Shown: positions 57,702 through 59,943 of the stretch, one piece after another
How positions within the stretch are numbered: the first letter of the stretch is position 1
How the letters are laid out: every line of letters starts with the position of its first letter
The notes under the pieces: model-generated
Seen by the model: the letters and a program-made list of their open reading frames with translations, nothing else
Databases searched by the model: none
What the model was told of the DNA's origin: nothing
Sequence record: SRR31156797_608
Direction: 5' to 3' (one strand)
Length of the DNA stretch: 59,943 nt
Position numbers and translations under genes: made by a program

Positions 57702-58181
57702 TTATTTTAAAAAACCGGTAGGCGGTGTGGGTCGTGTTTCAATTAGAAGTCCAATGCAACCTTTTACTTCATAAGGTGATTCTGTATTATTTGAAGGTGT
57801 TTCGAGTGTTATTCTGGCATTCACGGTTTCAAGGGCAGAAAATTCAAGATTAAGGTTCATATTGTCCTTTGTATTATCATATATGATGACATTTTTATCA
57901 ATATCAACTATTTGCACAAACAATTGATTTCCAAACAAATCATCCACAGCAATATTTATATGATAATCATGACCATTATGAAATAATATATCTTGAGTTA
58001 CAAATTCACCTTTCTGGAGTTGAAAGCTTCTACTTTCTATAAGTGATTTATAGCCATCATTCTCATAATATATGCAGTATTCTTTATGGAAATTGGCACA
58101 ATTTTGCGAATTACCTACAAATGGAACAAAAAGCAATGTTAGAAAGGCAATAATTATATGCGGTTTGAGAAATATGCGCAT
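57702..58181 (-). CDS. Exported Cys-containing hypothetical protein (paralog of 58203-58703)
   Basis: Signal peptide; CANFHKEYC, YDNTKDN and GCIGLLIE. Confidence 0.75.
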   Translation of the reverse strand: MRIFLKPHIIIAFLTLLFVPFVGNSQNCANFHKEYCIYYENDGYKSLIESRSFQLQKGEFVTQDILFHNGHDYHINIAVDDLFGNQLFVQIVDIDKNVIIYDNTKDNMNLNLEFSALETVNARITLETPSNNTESPYEVKGCIGLLIETRPTPPTGFLK

Positions 58182-58202
58182 ATTGAATAAGGCAAAATTA
58201 AG

Positions 58203-58703
58203 TTAAAATCCTTTTCTTGGAGTTACCATGTATTCTATGAGCAAACCAATACAACCAACCTGTGCATCTCGTCTGATAATGGCACTATAGGAACTGGTTG
58301 CTAATGGTGACTCTCCTTGAACTTCTACTTCAATCCACAGCTCAACCGTTGTAGTAACAGTAAACTCAAAATCCTGGGCAAAGTTATCTTCAGTATTATC
58401 ATAAAGCACCTGGTCTCTTCCTTTTTCGATTACTCTGAAAATAATAGGTTTATTGAATACATCATCATGGCAAATTGATATTCTGTAGTCCCTACCATTA
58501 AAGGCTTCTAGAAGCGTCCTTGATTTTTGTCCTTTATGGAATAATCCACTTCTTGATTCGGAATTCAATTGGTAATACTTATTGGTAGAACGATCACAAT
58601 GATTTTTATGATATTCCAGGCAACGTGATCGCGAATAATCGTGCGTTTGTGAAAACCCTTGTAAACTTAACACGATGAATATGGCAACTATTATTTGCTT
58701 CAT
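58203..58703 (-). CDS. Exported Cys-containing hypothetical protein (paralog of 57702-58181)
   Basis: Signal peptide; CLEYHKNHC, YDNTEDN and GCIGLLIE. Confidence 0.75.
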   Translation of the reverse strand: MKQIIVAIFIVLSLQGFSQTHDYSRSRCLEYHKNHCDRSTNKYYQLNSESRSGLFHKGQKSRTLLEAFNGRDYRISICHDDVFNKPIIFRVIEKGRDQVLYDNTEDNFAQDFEFTVTTTVELWIEVEVQGESPLATSSYSAIIRRDAQVGCIGLLIEYMVTPRKGF

Positions 58704-59110
58704 TGATATTTAAATTTAACTTTTACTGTATCTATTTTAGGTGTTTTAATATTTCCTTGTTTATCAATTATTGTTACACCTTCAATATTAATATATCTGT
58801 AATTTATGCTTTCGTTTAAAACAGCTTCTCTTAGCTTTTTTGTAAACATACTATCGTTTACAGCACACTTTATGCTACTTCCAAGTGCAAACATACTAAA
58901 ATTGTAGTTGTTTACGGACCACCCTTTATAATTAGTTTTAATTTTTCCGCTTTTTAGAAAATCCTTTTTAGAAAGCTTGATAATGGGCGTATCGACTTCT
59001 CTTTGGCCAATGATTATTAGTGTATCTTTTATATCCTCTTGAGCATAAGACACATTAAACCCAAAAGACAAAATCATTAATAAAACTATATTTCTAAATG
59101 CAGTGGTCAT
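58700..59110 (-). CDS. Exported hypothetical protein, possibly a stand-alone GldM C-terminal-like domain
   Basis: Start MTTAFRN (59110) gives a signal peptide; the mature part resembles the GldM/PorM last domain by eye only. Confidence 0.55.
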   Translation of the reverse strand: MTTAFRNIVLLMILSFGFNVSYAQEDIKDTLIIIGQREVDTPIIKLSKKDFLKSGKIKTNYKGWSVNNYNFSMFALGSSIKCAVNDSMFTKKLREAVLNESINYRYINIEGVTIIDKQGNIKTPKIDTVKVKFKYQ

Positions 59111-59218
59111 TCGTAAAGGTAAATAATGTTTTTTGTATAATAACCTGTAATAATTCAATTTAACATTTTCTTATAATGATAAATTTAAACCAATTTTTTT
59201 GTTGAGAAAATAGATTCC

Positions 59219-59249
59219 AAAAAAAAGGCCGCCATATTGGGCGACCTTT
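59219..59249 (-). terminator. Intrinsic terminator after rplI
   Basis: A8 tract and AAAGGCCGCC/GGCGACCTTT stem. Confidence 0.8.
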
Positions 59250-59268
59250 GTATATTCTTGAATGTTTC

Positions 59269-59715
59269 TTATTCAGAAACAACTTCAAAATCAATTTCAA
59301 CACTTACTTCACGGTGTAGTTTAATCGTTGCTTTGTATTTACCAACTTCTTTAACTGAATCACCCACAATTGAAATGTTTTTACGGTCAATATCAAATCC
59401 TTTTTTCTGCAATGCTTCTGCAATTTGGATAGTATTAACAGAACCAAAGATTTTTCCTGCTGAGCTTGTTTTTGCTCCTATTGAAATTTCTTTGTTTTCA
59501 ATTTGTCCGGCAAGAGCTTTAGCTTCTTCAATTAGCTTAGCTTCTTTGTGCGCACGCTGACGTTTGTTTTCTGCATGCATTTTCAGCGCTGACTCGCTTG
59601 CAATAATTGCATATCCTCTTGGGATTAAAAAATTACGAGCATAACCATCTTTTACATCTACGATGTCATCAGCGTGGCCTAAATTAGGCATATCTTGTTT
59701 TAAAATAATTTCCAT
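59269..59715 (-). CDS. rplI: 50S ribosomal protein L9
   Basis: VKDGYARNFLIPRG and GKIFGSV motifs. Confidence 0.98.
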   Translation of the reverse strand: MEIILKQDMPNLGHADDIVDVKDGYARNFLIPRGYAIIASESALKMHAENKRQRAHKEAKLIEEAKALAGQIENKEISIGAKTSSAGKIFGSVNTIQIAEALQKKGFDIDRKNISIVGDSVKEVGKYKATIKLHREVSVEIDFEVVSE

Positions 59716-59730
59716 AATTCGAAAAATTAA

Positions 59731-59943
59731 TTATTTCATCATATCAGTTACATATGGCAATAAGGCCAAGTGACGAGCTCTTTTAATAGATACAGAAAGT
59801 TTACGCTGATACTTAAGTGAAGTACCAGTAATTCTGCGAGGTAAAATTTTACCTTGCTCGTTAAGGAATTTTTTCAAGAACTCAGGATCTTTGTAATCGA
59901 TATATTTAATGCGGTTTTTCTTAAAACGGCAATATTTTTTCTT
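59731..59943 (-). CDS. rpsR: 30S ribosomal protein S18 (3' part; start lies outside the window)
   Basis: Hand translation: [19 protein letters not shown]...[10 protein letters not shown]...[17 protein letters not shown]. Confidence 0.97.
   Translation of the reverse strand, partial: KKKYCRFKKNRIKYIDYKDPEFLKKFLNEQGKILPRRITGTSLKYQRKLSVSIKRARHLALLPYVTDMMK

Noticed and set aside
3709-59560. Remaining 60-137 aa track ORFs overlapping recognised genes (e.g. 7213-7626, 9428-9763, 37900-39290, 59237-59560)
   Set aside because: They lie on the opposite strand or in an alternate frame of well-supported genes and show no recognisable motifs

Overview
Core chromosomal region of an AT-rich Bacteroidota (probably Bacteroidales) bacterium. 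The assignment rests on TAnnTTTG promoter elements and typical gene orders (rpmB-rpmG-DUF4295-ftsY-rimO; lptD/amidase-mlaD; dacA-folP; BT_3928-tpiA-prmA). It holds about 52 CDS, mostly housekeeping: secA (partial), rimO, ftsY, cinA, dnaA, map, fabG, pyrD, adk, gyrA, clpC, tpx, plsY, dacA, folP, tmk, tpiA, prmA, rsmE, rplI and rpsR (partial). I saw no rRNA, tRNA, CRISPR array, IS element, integrase or prophage. Main observations: (1) a canonical 28-bp dif (XerCD) site at 30268-30295, only about 13 kb from dnaA and 1.3 kb from the end of gyrA, at a point where transcription converges; (2) a four-CxxC Zn-ribbon gene beside dif, bracketed by a 12-bp direct repeat overlapping the XerD arm; (3) a tandem two-domain adenylate kinase whose second domain has two conserved Asp residues replaced by Lys; (4) an XRE regulator with an identical 14-bp operator-like palindrome before its own gene and before pyrD, behind a 700-bp gene-free region; (5) an exported protein with about five 84-aa charged helical repeats carrying 15 evenly spaced O-glycosylation sequons; (6) an MlaD with a SPOR-like tail resembling that of the neighbouring amidase. 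All family names come from motif recognition; no searches were run.
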